Positions 10,755 to 20,340 of a stretch of 64,000 bases of DNA are shown here, one piece after another. Each line of letters begins with the position of its first letter. Positions within the stretch are counted from its first letter, which is position 1. Origin of the DNA: an uncultured Gammaproteobacteria bacterium (GTDB lineage Bacteria; Pseudomonadota; Gammaproteobacteria; Enterobacterales; Alteromonadaceae); assembly GCA_942493115.1 (NCBI GenBank), contig OW818678.1, forward strand, positions 3,033,214 through 3,097,213, read 5' to 3'. Below the pieces are notes generated by a model. That model made no database searches, was not told the origin of the DNA, and saw only the letters and a program-made list of their open reading frames with translations. The translations under genes and the position numbers were made by a program.

Positions 10755-11168
10755 CTACTGCAACCAGCAAGTTGTCTCAGGTTGACTGCTTTTAACACCA
10801 TACTGATCTAACCGGAATAACAAACAATCTTTGTCCTGTTGTTGTACTCCTGTTGCTGCTGCACTGAGTTGGTAACCCTGACTGGTTAATAACGCCGAGA
10901 TGCGAAAACGCCCCGACTCCGTCAAATAACTGCTATCAGGAAAACCAAATTCTGTTAAGTCAGCACTGTATCTGTATTGTTCAGCCAACAACAACTGCTG
11001 CATATTGGCGACTTTTAACAGTTCAGCACAGGCTTCACGCCGGTAGCTACTCAACACATGCTGCTGATAACCCGGTATTGCAACAGACAAAATGATGCCA
11101 ATCAGCGCCACCACCACCATAATTTCAATCAAGACAAAACCAAAAACAACATTTGCTGTGCTGTTCAT
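10755..11168 (-). CDS. Type IV pilin, PilE-like (set 1)
   Basis: G|FVLIE signal, PGYQQHV, C-terminal 'QQQDKDCLLFRLDQYGVK...CW'. ATG 11168 is TGATG-coupled to the upstream stop. Confidence 0.85.
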   Translation of the reverse strand: MNSTANVVFGFVLIEIMVVVALIGIILSVAIPGYQQHVLSSYRREACAELLKVANMQQLLLAEQYRYSADLTEFGFPDSSYLTESGRFRISALLTSQGYQLSAAATGVQQQDKDCLLFRLDQYGVKSSQPETTCWLQ

Positions 11169-12709
11169 CAATGCACCTCTTCCTGACGGTAAGTGGCCAG
11201 CTGCTGCCATTGTGATAATTGCTGCACATTCAACACTTCAGTACAACCAGCGCATGAAGCCGCAACACCACGCAGCGCTTCCAGCACCAGCTTACCATCT
11301 ACACTTTGCTGCAAAGCCAAACTGCCATCCTTTTGAGTTGCCAGACGTAGTGGCAGCTGCATCGGTATTTTCAGCTCCGGATCGGTATATACAGCGGACG
11401 CCTGATATAAGTGCAGTGCCAGCAACACATCAGCCTGACGCGCTTTATCACAGGCTAAAGCAGCGGTGGACACACTTTGCATTGGCAAGTACAACACACC
11501 AGCGATGATCTCCGGCAAAGCCAGCGGCTGTCCTGCCAGGGATTGCACCCAGCCAAATGCACTGCCTGGACTTGTCGTCTGACGGGCTGGCAGCTGAGTG
11601 CCCGCGGCTGCCGGCTGATGGTTTTGCTGCACATCCGCCAACAATAAAGGCGCGGTCATCTGTTCCGGTAAAAACAGCACCATCAACTGATATTGCTGCT
11701 GCCTTTCAGCAAGCAGCACCACCACATCCACGGCTTTTCTGCTGACACTTTGTGATGTTGCCCCCTGTACCGGCAACAAGGCTCTGACTGCAAGCAGCCG
11801 GCTGGCAAATGACAAACCTTGCCCCGCCAGATTAGCCACCAGCGAACTCTGGTAGCTAAAATCACTTGCCATATCAAGCCGCAATAATTGCCCTTGTTCG
11901 TCAATCTGATAAACCCGATCAAAGGCTCCATCACCATCCAAGTCCAAAGTTGCCGGTGGCGCCTTTAACGCGCCAACAGCAACTGCAGCTTGTTGACCTT
12001 GCCGGTAACCACTTTGTAAATCCAATTCAGCAAGCAGTTGGCCTGTTGCCGCACTCAGCAGCCAGAGCGCTGGCTTGGCTGCCGTTGCAGAATTAATCAA
12101 TAACACCGCTTGTTGTTTTTCCAGCCAGGCGAGCACCGGTGTTTGCAACCAGGCATTTTGCTGAGCCGTGGGTGGCGACCAGCGCCACAATAAACGCGGT
12201 GCTTGTAAGTCGCTCAGATCAGCACGCTGGTATTGATCAGCTGCCATATCGTGCCAAACCACATCGGTGGATACCGCACGTGGCTGAGACGTCGCTGCCC
12301 CGGTTTTAGCTGAAGTTGCTGCGGGCAATAACAACAAGGGTGGAGCAATTAAAGAGGCAGCATCAGCTTCAGGCAAAACACCTGTTGCTGGTAGTACGGT
12401 GTCAGATAATAAAACGCCAGTAGCTTCAGCACCAAACCAGCGCAGATTGCCCTGTTCATTGCCAAGCTGCAGCCAGATTGGCTGACCTGCGCTGTTGTTA
12501 AACGGCAGTGGTACTGTATCCGGACGGGGCGCTGCACAAAAAGCGCCGGTGATAGCCGGCGTTGCAGCCAGCTCCTGATAACTTAAATCAGCTTGTGGCT
12601 GATAAAAGCGTATAGTTGCCGCCGCCGTCCCTGCTGCAAATGCCTGAGCAGGCGTGGTCAAAGTGTACAAGGTTGTGATCAACCAAAGCCCAAGAGTCCA
12701 TTTGTTCAT
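11168..12709 (-). CDS. Short, divergent PilY1/PilC-like secreted protein (set 1)
   Basis: Sec signal (MNKWTLGLWL...AQAFA), Ca-loop-like DLDGDGAFDRVY, FGWVQSL segment. Occupies the pilY1 position between pilX-like and pilE-like genes. ATG 12709 is TGATG-coupled with SD GGAGG. Confidence 0.65.
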   Translation of the reverse strand: MNKWTLGLWLITTLYTLTTPAQAFAAGTAAATIRFYQPQADLSYQELAATPAITGAFCAAPRPDTVPLPFNNSAGQPIWLQLGNEQGNLRWFGAEATGVLLSDTVLPATGVLPEADAASLIAPPLLLLPAATSAKTGAATSQPRAVSTDVVWHDMAADQYQRADLSDLQAPRLLWRWSPPTAQQNAWLQTPVLAWLEKQQAVLLINSATAAKPALWLLSAATGQLLAELDLQSGYRQGQQAAVAVGALKAPPATLDLDGDGAFDRVYQIDEQGQLLRLDMASDFSYQSSLVANLAGQGLSFASRLLAVRALLPVQGATSQSVSRKAVDVVVLLAERQQQYQLMVLFLPEQMTAPLLLADVQQNHQPAAAGTQLPARQTTSPGSAFGWVQSLAGQPLALPEIIAGVLYLPMQSVSTAALACDKARQADVLLALHLYQASAVYTDPELKIPMQLPLRLATQKDGSLALQQSVDGKLVLEALRGVAASCAGCTEVLNVQQLSQWQQLATYRQEEVH

Positions 12710-13077
12710 CACACACCTCCTGCAACAACGGACGCTAAGTCCCGCCGCCATACCAAAGTCCCCCAGGGTTCAGCTTCATCCGGCGCTGTAGCGGTATCCG
12801 CCAGCTGTAACAACTGACATTGCTGGCTGGTGTCACTCCAGACCGCCCACTGTGGCGGGCAGGTAATACTGGTAGCTCCGGGTTGTGGCGCTGCGGCCAG
12901 CTGCTGTAACTGGCGTAAATGTTTCACCTTCATCGTCAGGTAACGCTGCGTTTGCAGCTGCCCTGCTATACCTATCCGTTGGCTGAGTTGACTGATAGTC
13001 AAAGCGCTGAACGCCATAGCGCTGACCATCACGATAAAACACAAACAGACAACAAGCACAAATCCTTTGGCCTGCAT
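12709..13077 (-). CDS. PilX-like minor pilin (set 1)
   Basis: KG|FVLVV signal lacking Glu5, the hallmark of the PilX/GspK class. Position after the pilW-like gene. Confidence 0.7.
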   Translation of the reverse strand: MQAKGFVLVVCLCFIVMVSAMAFSALTISQLSQRIGIAGQLQTQRYLTMKVKHLRQLQQLAAAPQPGATSITCPPQWAVWSDTSQQCQLLQLADTATAPDEAEPWGTLVWRRDLASVVAGGV

Positions 13078-13094
13078 CTTGATTGCTCCTTCAG

Positions 13095-14036
13095 TTAATA
13101 GTTGTGAAAGGTGACTGCGCTGGACACCAACAAGCGGCGATAATGATCACCAGGTGCCTGGAACAGCCGTTGTCCCAAGGCGTACTGCTGCACATTGGTA
13201 TAGTGCTTGTCCGGTATCGTACTGCGTACCAGCACAAAAAAACGCAGCTGCAATACCTGACCACTGCGTTGCTGCCAGACATCGGCAGAGATTTGGTCCA
13301 TATCACTGAGATAGTCCACCTGACCGTCAAAATTGCTGTCGATACCGACATCGAAATGCAACATTTCCACCCCATCCAGCACCGAATCTGTGTCCATAGT
13401 CAGCTGGCCACTGGCCTGGCGCACCAGTCGTTTACGCATCAGCACCGGCACTTGCTGCTGACCCTGCGTCTGCAAGGCTACATAAAATAACTGATGCAAA
13501 TATGGCCAATAGGTAAACTGAGCACCGCCCGATGCCTGACTGACAAATTGGTATTGCCGACCCTTTTGTTGTAAATACACTCTGTTATTTTTAGTCTGAG
13601 CGGCAGTCAGCGGAGCCCCCGCCAAGCGTTTTAATTGTAAAAAACCAGAACCTTTGTGCATTGAGGCAATACAATCCGGGGTATGAACTGCCCCCACAGT
13701 ACCGGCAAGCACTGGGACAAAAACTGCAGAAGCCTTTGGAAAACTGCCACTATCAAGTGCACTGCGGCAATCTCCCTGCACTGTAATAGCTGATGGCGCC
13801 GGCAATAAGCCGGCATTGGCACCAGCCCAGAAATTCTGATTCGTCAGTTCCTGCTGGAAAAAACCCAGCACAAACTGCCCACTTTGTTGTAGTTCACTCA
13901 GTTGGCTGGTTTGTTTAAACGCCTGATAATTTACCTGCCAGCTATTGACCAGCAGCAGTGTCAACAACAGGCTCAGTGCCATAGCAATCAGCATCTCAAT
14001 CAAAGTCCAGCCACGCTGGCATATAATGCCTGCCAT
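13095..14036 (-). CDS. PilW-like minor pilin (set 1)
   Basis: RG|WTLIE signal, 'LDGVEMLHFDVGIDSNFDGQVD' and 'VLQLRFFVLVRS...YRRLL' C-terminal motifs typical of PilW. Confidence 0.82.
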   Translation of the reverse strand: MAGIICQRGWTLIEMLIAMALSLLLTLLLVNSWQVNYQAFKQTSQLSELQQSGQFVLGFFQQELTNQNFWAGANAGLLPAPSAITVQGDCRSALDSGSFPKASAVFVPVLAGTVGAVHTPDCIASMHKGSGFLQLKRLAGAPLTAAQTKNNRVYLQQKGRQYQFVSQASGGAQFTYWPYLHQLFYVALQTQGQQQVPVLMRKRLVRQASGQLTMDTDSVLDGVEMLHFDVGIDSNFDGQVDYLSDMDQISADVWQQRSGQVLQLRFFVLVRSTIPDKHYTNVQQYALGQRLFQAPGDHYRRLLVSSAVTFHNY

Positions 14037-14037
14037 G

Positions 14038-14517
14038 TTAAAGTCCCCGCCCCGGTAACAACTCCAGCTGGAAATGACCTGGCCTGACCGGACACAAAGC
14101 AGATTTACGCTGAAATGACGCTTGTTGCAGCGGTTGCCAGCTCAGGTTGACTGCCGGGCCGGCAGCACTGCTGCGAATACAAAGTTGTGCCTGAGGCAAC
14201 AAAGCTGAAGGTGCAAAAAGAGGACTAACACTTGCCATGAGCTGCGCTTGCAACAGCATCTGCGGGTCGCATAAGCCTGCGCTGTTACAAGGTGCCGCTG
14301 CTGGTTTTTGTTGAATATCGGCCTGAAAATGGCCGGAACTGGCTGCAACCGACTGCAGGGATGACATCACATCGGCAGCTACCGCAGCTGCAATCAGACG
14401 TTGTTGGGCTTGCAGTACCTGCTGTCTGGCATAAATCTGACAACTCAGGGCGCCAAGCATGCCAAGACTAAACAGCAGGCAGCAGATCAATAACTCAAAT
14501 AAGGTGAATCCTTTCAT
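14038..14517 (-). CDS. PilV-like minor pilin (set 1)
   Basis: MKG|FTLFELL signal, first gene of the set, Cys pairs. Confidence 0.72.
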   Translation of the reverse strand: MKGFTLFELLICCLLFSLGMLGALSCQIYARQQVLQAQQRLIAAAVAADVMSSLQSVAASSGHFQADIQQKPAAAPCNSAGLCDPQMLLQAQLMASVSPLFAPSALLPQAQLCIRSSAAGPAVNLSWQPLQQASFQRKSALCPVRPGHFQLELLPGRGL

Positions 14518-14605
14518 TGCCGGTGTATCCTTACACCAAAATGATTACCTTAAATTTACAACTTAAAAACAAAAAATCAAACTTATCCTAAAATTTAACC
14601 CTGCA

Positions 14606-15034
14606 TCAACCCCAGCATTTGCGGACTATTGTTGCAGTGTTAGAGCCGGCCGCAGTGCGGAGCCCTGCCTGATTTAAGGTTAAAGTGGCGCAACTGATGT
14701 CTTTTAATTGTGGCCCTTTTGGTGCTGCTGTTAACACAAAAGTCTGAGCAGCAGCATTCAGGCTAAAAGCATAAAAGTTATCCAGATCAATACGGCAACT
14801 GGTTTGCGGTAACACTGTGGTAACCCCGTTGGACTGACCGTAATTCATCGAACCGGTATAAACCCGCTCCATAAACTGCGCCAGTTCATTCATACAGGAA
14901 GTGGCTGCGGCACGCCTGGTTTCCAGTACGTATTTGGCATACGCCGGCATCGCCACTGCCGCAATAATGCCAACAATAGCCACCACCACCATCACTTCCA
15001 TTAAACTAAAACCCTGCTGCCGGCGCATCTTCAC
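14606..15034 (-). CDS. pilE: Type IV pilin PilE (set 2)
   Basis: QQG|FSLME signal, MPAYAKYVLETRRAAA, 'PQLKDISCATLTLNQAG', ends CWG. Confidence 0.88.
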   Translation of the reverse strand: MKMRRQQGFSLMEVMVVVAIVGIIAAVAMPAYAKYVLETRRAAATSCMNELAQFMERVYTGSMNYGQSNGVTTVLPQTSCRIDLDNFYAFSLNAAAQTFVLTAAPKGPQLKDISCATLTLNQAGLRTAAGSNTATIVRKCWG

Positions 15035-15037
15035 TCC

Positions 15038-18000
15038 TTAATTACTGATTTCATGCCAGGACAACATCTGCCGGGCCACTGAAGCATTGACTGCGGTTCC
15101 GCACATATTGACGCCGTCACAATTGGCAAGCGCCAGCACATTATTGCCATTTTTGGCAAAAGTAACCACGCTGTTTAAACTGCCCACTCTGATCCCACTG
15201 ACGTCAGTGGCAGTGCCTGACACCTGTACCTTATCGGCATGATCAAAGTTTTTATCTTTTGAGCTGTCAAAAAAGACTTTTTTCAACCTGCTGCCGCTAT
15301 AAGCCGACAACGCCATGATGTAACCTGAACCACTTGGGTTACACACATTGGTATCGGGAATAGTGGTATTGAGCACTAAATCGCCGCCCAACATTGAAGG
15401 CATATCAACAATACGTTCGTGAGCGTCCACCAAATCCATATACCAGCCTTTTTTACCTGTTGTCAGGCCTGCGGCATAACTGACCACCCGCTTATCACCC
15501 ACAGTGGTAATAACACGAGCATCCAGCTCGGCTCTGGATGCTACTGCAGGGCCATCCATAATGCCGTACATACTTTGTTGGTCGGGATTTGACGGATCAT
15601 CCTGATTTAAATAACGTCCGGTGCCAAAAAACAACCAGGCTTTGCCGGTTTTAGGATCCACATTAGCCAGTATGCCGCCGGTAATCATCTGACGTTTACC
15701 GGCGCTATTGGTGGCCGAAAACAAAGGCTGACCATTATTGGCGATAGTCCAGCCGGCTTCGTTTGCCGCCGACAGATCAAACTTCCAGACATGACCATGT
15801 AAATCGCCGCCATATACCCAATCGACATTGCCGTCATTATCAATATCCAGAGTACTGATTTCAGACATGCCATTGGTGTCTGTGGACGTGCCTTTGCCAG
15901 TTGGCAGTTTTTTAATGATATTTCCGCTCAGGATGTCAATCACCAGAAGGCCGGACTGTTCAGTACTGTTGTTATAGCCATAACCTGCAATGAGCGCCCA
16001 ATGTCCGCTTTCCATCCGGAATACCTGGGGCTCACCAAGATAAACGCCCAATTCAGCAAAAGTTTTATCCCACAACACATTGTTGCCGCTAAAACTGTCA
16101 GGGCTGGTTACATCCAGCGCAAAGAGCGCATTGCCACCACGGCCCTGACTACCAATCAACACACTTTTCCAGTTGTTACCATCATAAACATCCACCACTG
16201 TGGGTGAACCATCAACCGAAAAAGCATGCTGATAGTTTTGTTCCGAGTATTTTTTCAGGATGTTGGCCTTACCATTACTGCCGCTTAGTGGCGCCATTAC
16301 AGCAGCCGGAATAAAAGCCAGCAGCTCCCGGCCGGTGTCGGCATTAAAACCATGCAACATACCGTCGTTACCACCCACATAAATCACCGGGGTGCGTCTT
16401 TTTACACTGCCTTCCAGAAAACTGCGATATGACGCAGCACCAGCCCAGCTATACCTGTGATAACTCATGTCTACAGGCGCAGAAACCAACTCAGGCGAAG
16501 AGTTCACTAAGTCACCCAACAAGCTGGTTCTGTCGCGCAGCAATCCACCGTTTTTCTTTTCTCTGGCCTGATCACCCCGGATATAGTCAATCAAAGTCTG
16601 ATCATTGTTAAAGGCTTTTTGCTCGGCCGCACTCATCTCACTCCAGACAAAAGACTTAGCGCCGCCACTACTACTGCCAAACCAAATGTTACGGGCCGCA
16701 GGCGCTGGCAATTGTTCACTGGCTTTCCACACTGGCGTACTGACATCATCCACTTTGTAAGACCATAAATCGCCAGCCCAATCACCTGCAACAAAACGCG
16801 CCTGATAGACATTGGATTCGGTTTGCAAAGAGTTAATGGCCGTAGCGGCGATATTGGACGCTGAGCCTGCCCGCGCTGAAATATTGGCTAAGGTATTGGC
16901 AAGACCTGTGGAAAAAACACTGTATTTATTGGCACTGAAAAAACCACCCCGACCATTGACACTGGCATGCAATAAATCGTTAATTTTGTTTTGTTTTTCA
17001 CTACCGCCCCACCAGTTCACCGCACTTTTACCACCGATGGCATTAAAACCCTGCTCTGCGGTGACTGTACCCGTCACCCCAAGACCCACCCCAAAGGTCA
17101 CCATATGTTGCCAGAAAGCCGGGTTCAGATTTGGCATTGGCACAGGCACTGAATTCTCCATGTCAGGGCGCAAATCGTTTTTCCAGTATTTCATCGCCAC
17201 ATCGGCCAGTGTATTGCCGTAACCATCCCGGAACGGGTCGCTGGCTTGATAAGTGTAATCCGGGTTATTTGGCCCCGTCATAGTGACACCGTCAGTGCCA
17301 TCCTGATTGCCACCCGCGTCCACTGTGCCGTCGTAATAACCGTCCGTCATCAGAATGGTAAAATTCTGCCGGCATTCTAATTTTGCCGAGTTTGGATCTG
17401 ATGGCACTGTAAGCCAGGGTTTGTCGCTTTGATAATATTGACCTGCTTTATCAAGAGCAGCCAGCAAAGGGGTGCCGCCGTCGGCTTTTTTGCCATGTAA
17501 CCAGCTGAAAAAACCACTACGATTGCCACCGCCAAAAGGCGCAACATCGGCGGTCACAACACCGCTGTTAATAGCACCATAACCAACACGCATAGATGTT
17601 AACTGACTTTGAAAAGCGCCTGAAACACCGGCCTTGGCCAACATCAGCCGGGTACGGTAAAACGAAAACCAGTTGGCGAATTTTTGTTTTTCAGCAGCCC
17701 CAAGATTTGCAACATTGACGTACTCATAGCAACTGTCGCTGCGTTCAGCCGAAGTACAACCAGTGTTGTATTTAAAATAAAAGGCCGGACCCGCAGTCCG
17801 GTTGCTGGCACTGCCACTAATAGCAAAACCATAAGTGCCATTACGGTTTGGATAATAAAAATCGGCAATTAACGCGTAATATTGGCTGCTTAAATTGACT
17901 GTTCCCGAAGTAGGGCTATAGCCATTATTGGGGGCCGCATCAAAAGAGGGTTCAGGATAAGGCGTCACACCATCGGCCTGTAGTGGTAGCGGATAATCTT

Positions 18001-18352
18001 CTGTCGGGTCAAAATAGACAGTATTGAGCTGACTGGAAGCTAGATATTTGCGGCCACTTGCACTGCAGGCCAGCGCTTTGGCACCGGCGTAGTTAATTGT
18101 TGATCCACTACAATCGTGACTCAGGTTAAAGTCTGTATCCAGTTCATCCGGCATAAAACCCCAGCGCATTGAGCCGGAGTCGTCCAGAATAAACAAAAGG
18201 TTTGGCGCTACCGCAGTCCCTGTTTCCAGCGGTGCCTGAGCAATATCCACTGCAGCTTGTGCTGTACTTACAGCAAAACAAGCACCGAGTAGCAGCCACT
18301 GGCCGCGGACAGCAAAGGTTTTTTCGCAAATGACATCATTGTTCTCCTGCAA
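15038..18352 (-). CDS. pilY1: Type IV pilus tip adhesin PilY1 (vWA + beta-propeller); 5' end possibly frameshifted (see findings)
   Basis: PNLLFILDDSGSM (MIDAS), GGTPL, WQHMVTFGVGLG, LGDLVNSSP, YVGGNDGMLHGF, VDGSP, Ca-loop DIDNDGNVDWVYGGDLHGHVWKFDL, FFGTG, GWYMDL. Confidence 0.92.
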   Translation of the reverse strand: MQENNDVICEKTFAVRGQWLLLGACFAVSTAQAAVDIAQAPLETGTAVAPNLLFILDDSGSMRWGFMPDELDTDFNLSHDCSGSTINYAGAKALACSASGRKYLASSQLNTVYFDPTEDYPLPLQADGVTPYPEPSFDAAPNNGYSPTSGTVNLSSQYYALIADFYYPNRNGTYGFAISGSASNRTAGPAFYFKYNTGCTSAERSDSCYEYVNVANLGAAEKQKFANWFSFYRTRLMLAKAGVSGAFQSQLTSMRVGYGAINSGVVTADVAPFGGGNRSGFFSWLHGKKADGGTPLLAALDKAGQYYQSDKPWLTVPSDPNSAKLECRQNFTILMTDGYYDGTVDAGGNQDGTDGVTMTGPNNPDYTYQASDPFRDGYGNTLADVAMKYWKNDLRPDMENSVPVPMPNLNPAFWQHMVTFGVGLGVTGTVTAEQGFNAIGGKSAVNWWGGSEKQNKINDLLHASVNGRGGFFSANKYSVFSTGLANTLANISARAGSASNIAATAINSLQTESNVYQARFVAGDWAGDLWSYKVDDVSTPVWKASEQLPAPAARNIWFGSSSGGAKSFVWSEMSAAEQKAFNNDQTLIDYIRGDQAREKKNGGLLRDRTSLLGDLVNSSPELVSAPVDMSYHRYSWAGAASYRSFLEGSVKRRTPVIYVGGNDGMLHGFNADTGRELLAFIPAAVMAPLSGSNGKANILKKYSEQNYQHAFSVDGSPTVVDVYDGNNWKSVLIGSQGRGGNALFALDVTSPDSFSGNNVLWDKTFAELGVYLGEPQVFRMESGHWALIAGYGYNNSTEQSGLLVIDILSGNIIKKLPTGKGTSTDTNGMSEISTLDIDNDGNVDWVYGGDLHGHVWKFDLSAANEAGWTIANNGQPLFSATNSAGKRQMITGGILANVDPKTGKAWLFFGTGRYLNQDDPSNPDQQSMYGIMDGPAVASRAELDARVITTVGDKRVVSYAAGLTTGKKGWYMDLVDAHERIVDMPSMLGGDLVLNTTIPDTNVCNPSGSGYIMALSAYSGSRLKKVFFDSSKDKNFDHADKVQVSGTATDVSGIRVGSLNSVVTFAKNGNNVLALANCDGVNMCGTAVNASVARQMLSWHEISN

Positions 18353-18361
18353 TCATTTTGC

Positions 18362-18862
18362 TTAGATCCGCCAGATAGCCTGGATGGTTACACTGGCGCG
18401 GCCTGCCACTGGAGCTGTTCTGGCCGTCACCCGGTAGGTTTGTTTTTCACACAATGGGTCTGTCACTTTACAGGTTGGATTTTGTGGATCCGGCCACATA
18501 CCAAGGTTTTCCACCATAAATTCACCTGTGTAGTTGTTGCCATTTACCGCCAACGCAACCTGGCCGCGGTTGGCCCAAGCCACCGGGTCCTGCCATAAAT
18601 CCGGGGCTCCGGCCACCGGTGCCGGTAAGGTTGCGCGATACCAGCCAGACCCGGCTGGTGGTGGCAATAAGGTGGCCCCCACCTGCCTGACTGTCGCTTC
18701 TGCTACCTGTTTGGCAATTTCCCTGTCGTTAAAATTAGCCGCCATTTTTTCCTGCAAAGTGGTGCTGCGCATCGCGCTGACTGCCAGCAACGTCATGGCA
18801 ACCAACAATAATAAACTGACCACTAACGCCATACCGCGGCTGTTGGATCTTGAGTGTTTCAT
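18362..18862 (-). CDS. pilX: Minor pilin PilX (set 2)
   Basis: SRG|MALVV (no Glu5), 'RSTTLQEKMAANFNDREIAKQVAEA', YRVTART. ATG 18862 directly follows the pilW stop. Confidence 0.88.
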   Translation of the reverse strand: MKHSRSNSRGMALVVSLLLLVAMTLLAVSAMRSTTLQEKMAANFNDREIAKQVAEATVRQVGATLLPPPAGSGWYRATLPAPVAGAPDLWQDPVAWANRGQVALAVNGNNYTGEFMVENLGMWPDPQNPTCKVTDPLCEKQTYRVTARTAPVAGRASVTIQAIWRI

Positions 18863-18863
18863 C

Positions 18864-19826
18864 TCAAATCTCCCTTCTGTTGCGTAAATTAACAACCTGA
18901 CTGATTTGCCGCATGCCAAGGGCCATTGGTGTTTTGATATTGTCTTCCAGGGTTAACACCGCCCGTACCGACATCACAGTTTCCCAGTCCACAACAGCAG
19001 GCGCATCCACATAGTTGGCGTTGCCTCTTTGCAAATACTGCAATTGCAGGTTGGCAACCCCCGGAATAATTTCTTCCACCCGGAGCTGACCTGCCACCAC
19101 CACCACCCGGTACAACGAATTCAGATTATTGCGGGTGCCGACAAACCAGGCCGCCGACTCCATTGGCATCACAAAACCGGCATCACTACTGATATTGCGC
19201 TGATAAGGTGTGCCATTGGGCGCTACACCAAACTGCAGGATGCGGTTGCCCGGTGTACCGGCGCCTACCGCATGACTCAGGGCATTGCCTGCCACTGCTG
19301 TCACCTGAAAAATCAGCCCCCATTTGGAGTCGCAGGACATCACTATATCGTTGGCGACTATGCCTGCCAGATTCTGATTAATCGTCATGGCCGGGTTGCC
19401 GGCGGCATTATGCGAAACCACAGAAGCACTGATACCACGGCCATACATCACCATCAGCGCATCAGTATTGGCCAGTGGCACCACAGCGCCATTACTGAAG
19501 TTTGGAAAAGCGCCAAATTCAAAACCCTGTAAACCACCAGTCCAGTTGTTCCACCAGTCCAGGGGCGGATTCAGCGCATTAAACACTTGAGGCACCATGA
19601 CGTTACTGCAACCTGAGTAGCCGGCATGCTGGATATCCTGACTTAACAGCTGAAAACTGACCTGACTGGCTTGTTGTAACTGACTGATTTGCTGATTCAC
19701 TCTGTTGGTTGTCTGATTGGAGATATAAACCCCAATCACACCGGCCACCAAAAAGGTGCCAAGCAGCAGCGCCACCATCAGTTCAGTCAGAGAAAAACCC
19801 TGCGCCCTTTGAAAAGTCCGGAACAT
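18864..19826 (-). CDS. pilW: Minor pilin PilW (set 2)
   Basis: QG|FSLTELMVAL, DIQHAGYSGC, EEIIPGVANLQLQY, WETVMSVR, ends VVNLRN. Confidence 0.9.
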   Translation of the reverse strand: MFRTFQRAQGFSLTELMVALLLGTFLVAGVIGVYISNQTTNRVNQQISQLQQASQVSFQLLSQDIQHAGYSGCSNVMVPQVFNALNPPLDWWNNWTGGLQGFEFGAFPNFSNGAVVPLANTDALMVMYGRGISASVVSHNAAGNPAMTINQNLAGIVANDIVMSCDSKWGLIFQVTAVAGNALSHAVGAGTPGNRILQFGVAPNGTPYQRNISSDAGFVMPMESAAWFVGTRNNLNSLYRVVVVAGQLRVEEIIPGVANLQLQYLQRGNANYVDAPAVVDWETVMSVRAVLTLEDNIKTPMALGMRQISQVVNLRNRREI

Positions 19827-19828
19827 GA

Positions 19829-20311
19829 TTAAATCCTTGCCACGTGGGTAATGGTCATAGTGGTGCTGCCGCCAAGCGCTCTGGAGTCATCCCATTGCAC
19901 TGTCACAATGTAAGTGCGTGTGCCGGCGTTATAAGTCACACCACCACAACTGGTGCCGGAGTCCCCAAAGGTGGTCAGAATTTCATTCAGCCAGTTGGAC
20001 TGCTCAACACTCTGAATGGAAGCGCCGGCGGACAGCTGAGTGCATTGTAATGGCAACACAAAACTGCCGTTGCCGGCAGCTGCCGCATTGGCCCTGATGC
20101 GCTCGGCCATACTGCTGGCTAATAACACCGCCATGGTGCGCTGGTGGGCACTTTGCGTATTACGGATATTGGCCGTCTGCAAACCGGCAACCCCCAATAA
20201 ACCAACAGAAAGCACCAACACCGCAATCAGCACTTCCAGCAGGGATACGCCTTTTTGCAGTTTCAGGCGGGCGCTCAAACCGTCTTGCCCGCGGCGAAGA
20301 TTCAATTTCAT
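19829..20311 (-). CDS. pilV: Minor pilin PilV (set 2)
   Basis: KG|VSLLEVLIAVLVLSVGLLGVAGLQ, RTMAVLLASSMAERIRAN, VQWDDSR. SD GAGG before ATG 20311. Confidence 0.9.
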   Translation of the reverse strand: MKLNLRRGQDGLSARLKLQKGVSLLEVLIAVLVLSVGLLGVAGLQTANIRNTQSAHQRTMAVLLASSMAERIRANAAAAGNGSFVLPLQCTQLSAGASIQSVEQSNWLNEILTTFGDSGTSCGGVTYNAGTRTYIVTVQWDDSRALGGSTTMTITHVARI

Positions 20312-20340
20312 CGACAATTCCTCAATGATTAGTTTTCCGA

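Noticed and set aside
16571-16579. RGD tripeptide in PilY1 (YIRGD)
   Set aside because: It lies in a segment broadly conserved in PilY1 proteins, so integrin binding cannot be inferred from it.
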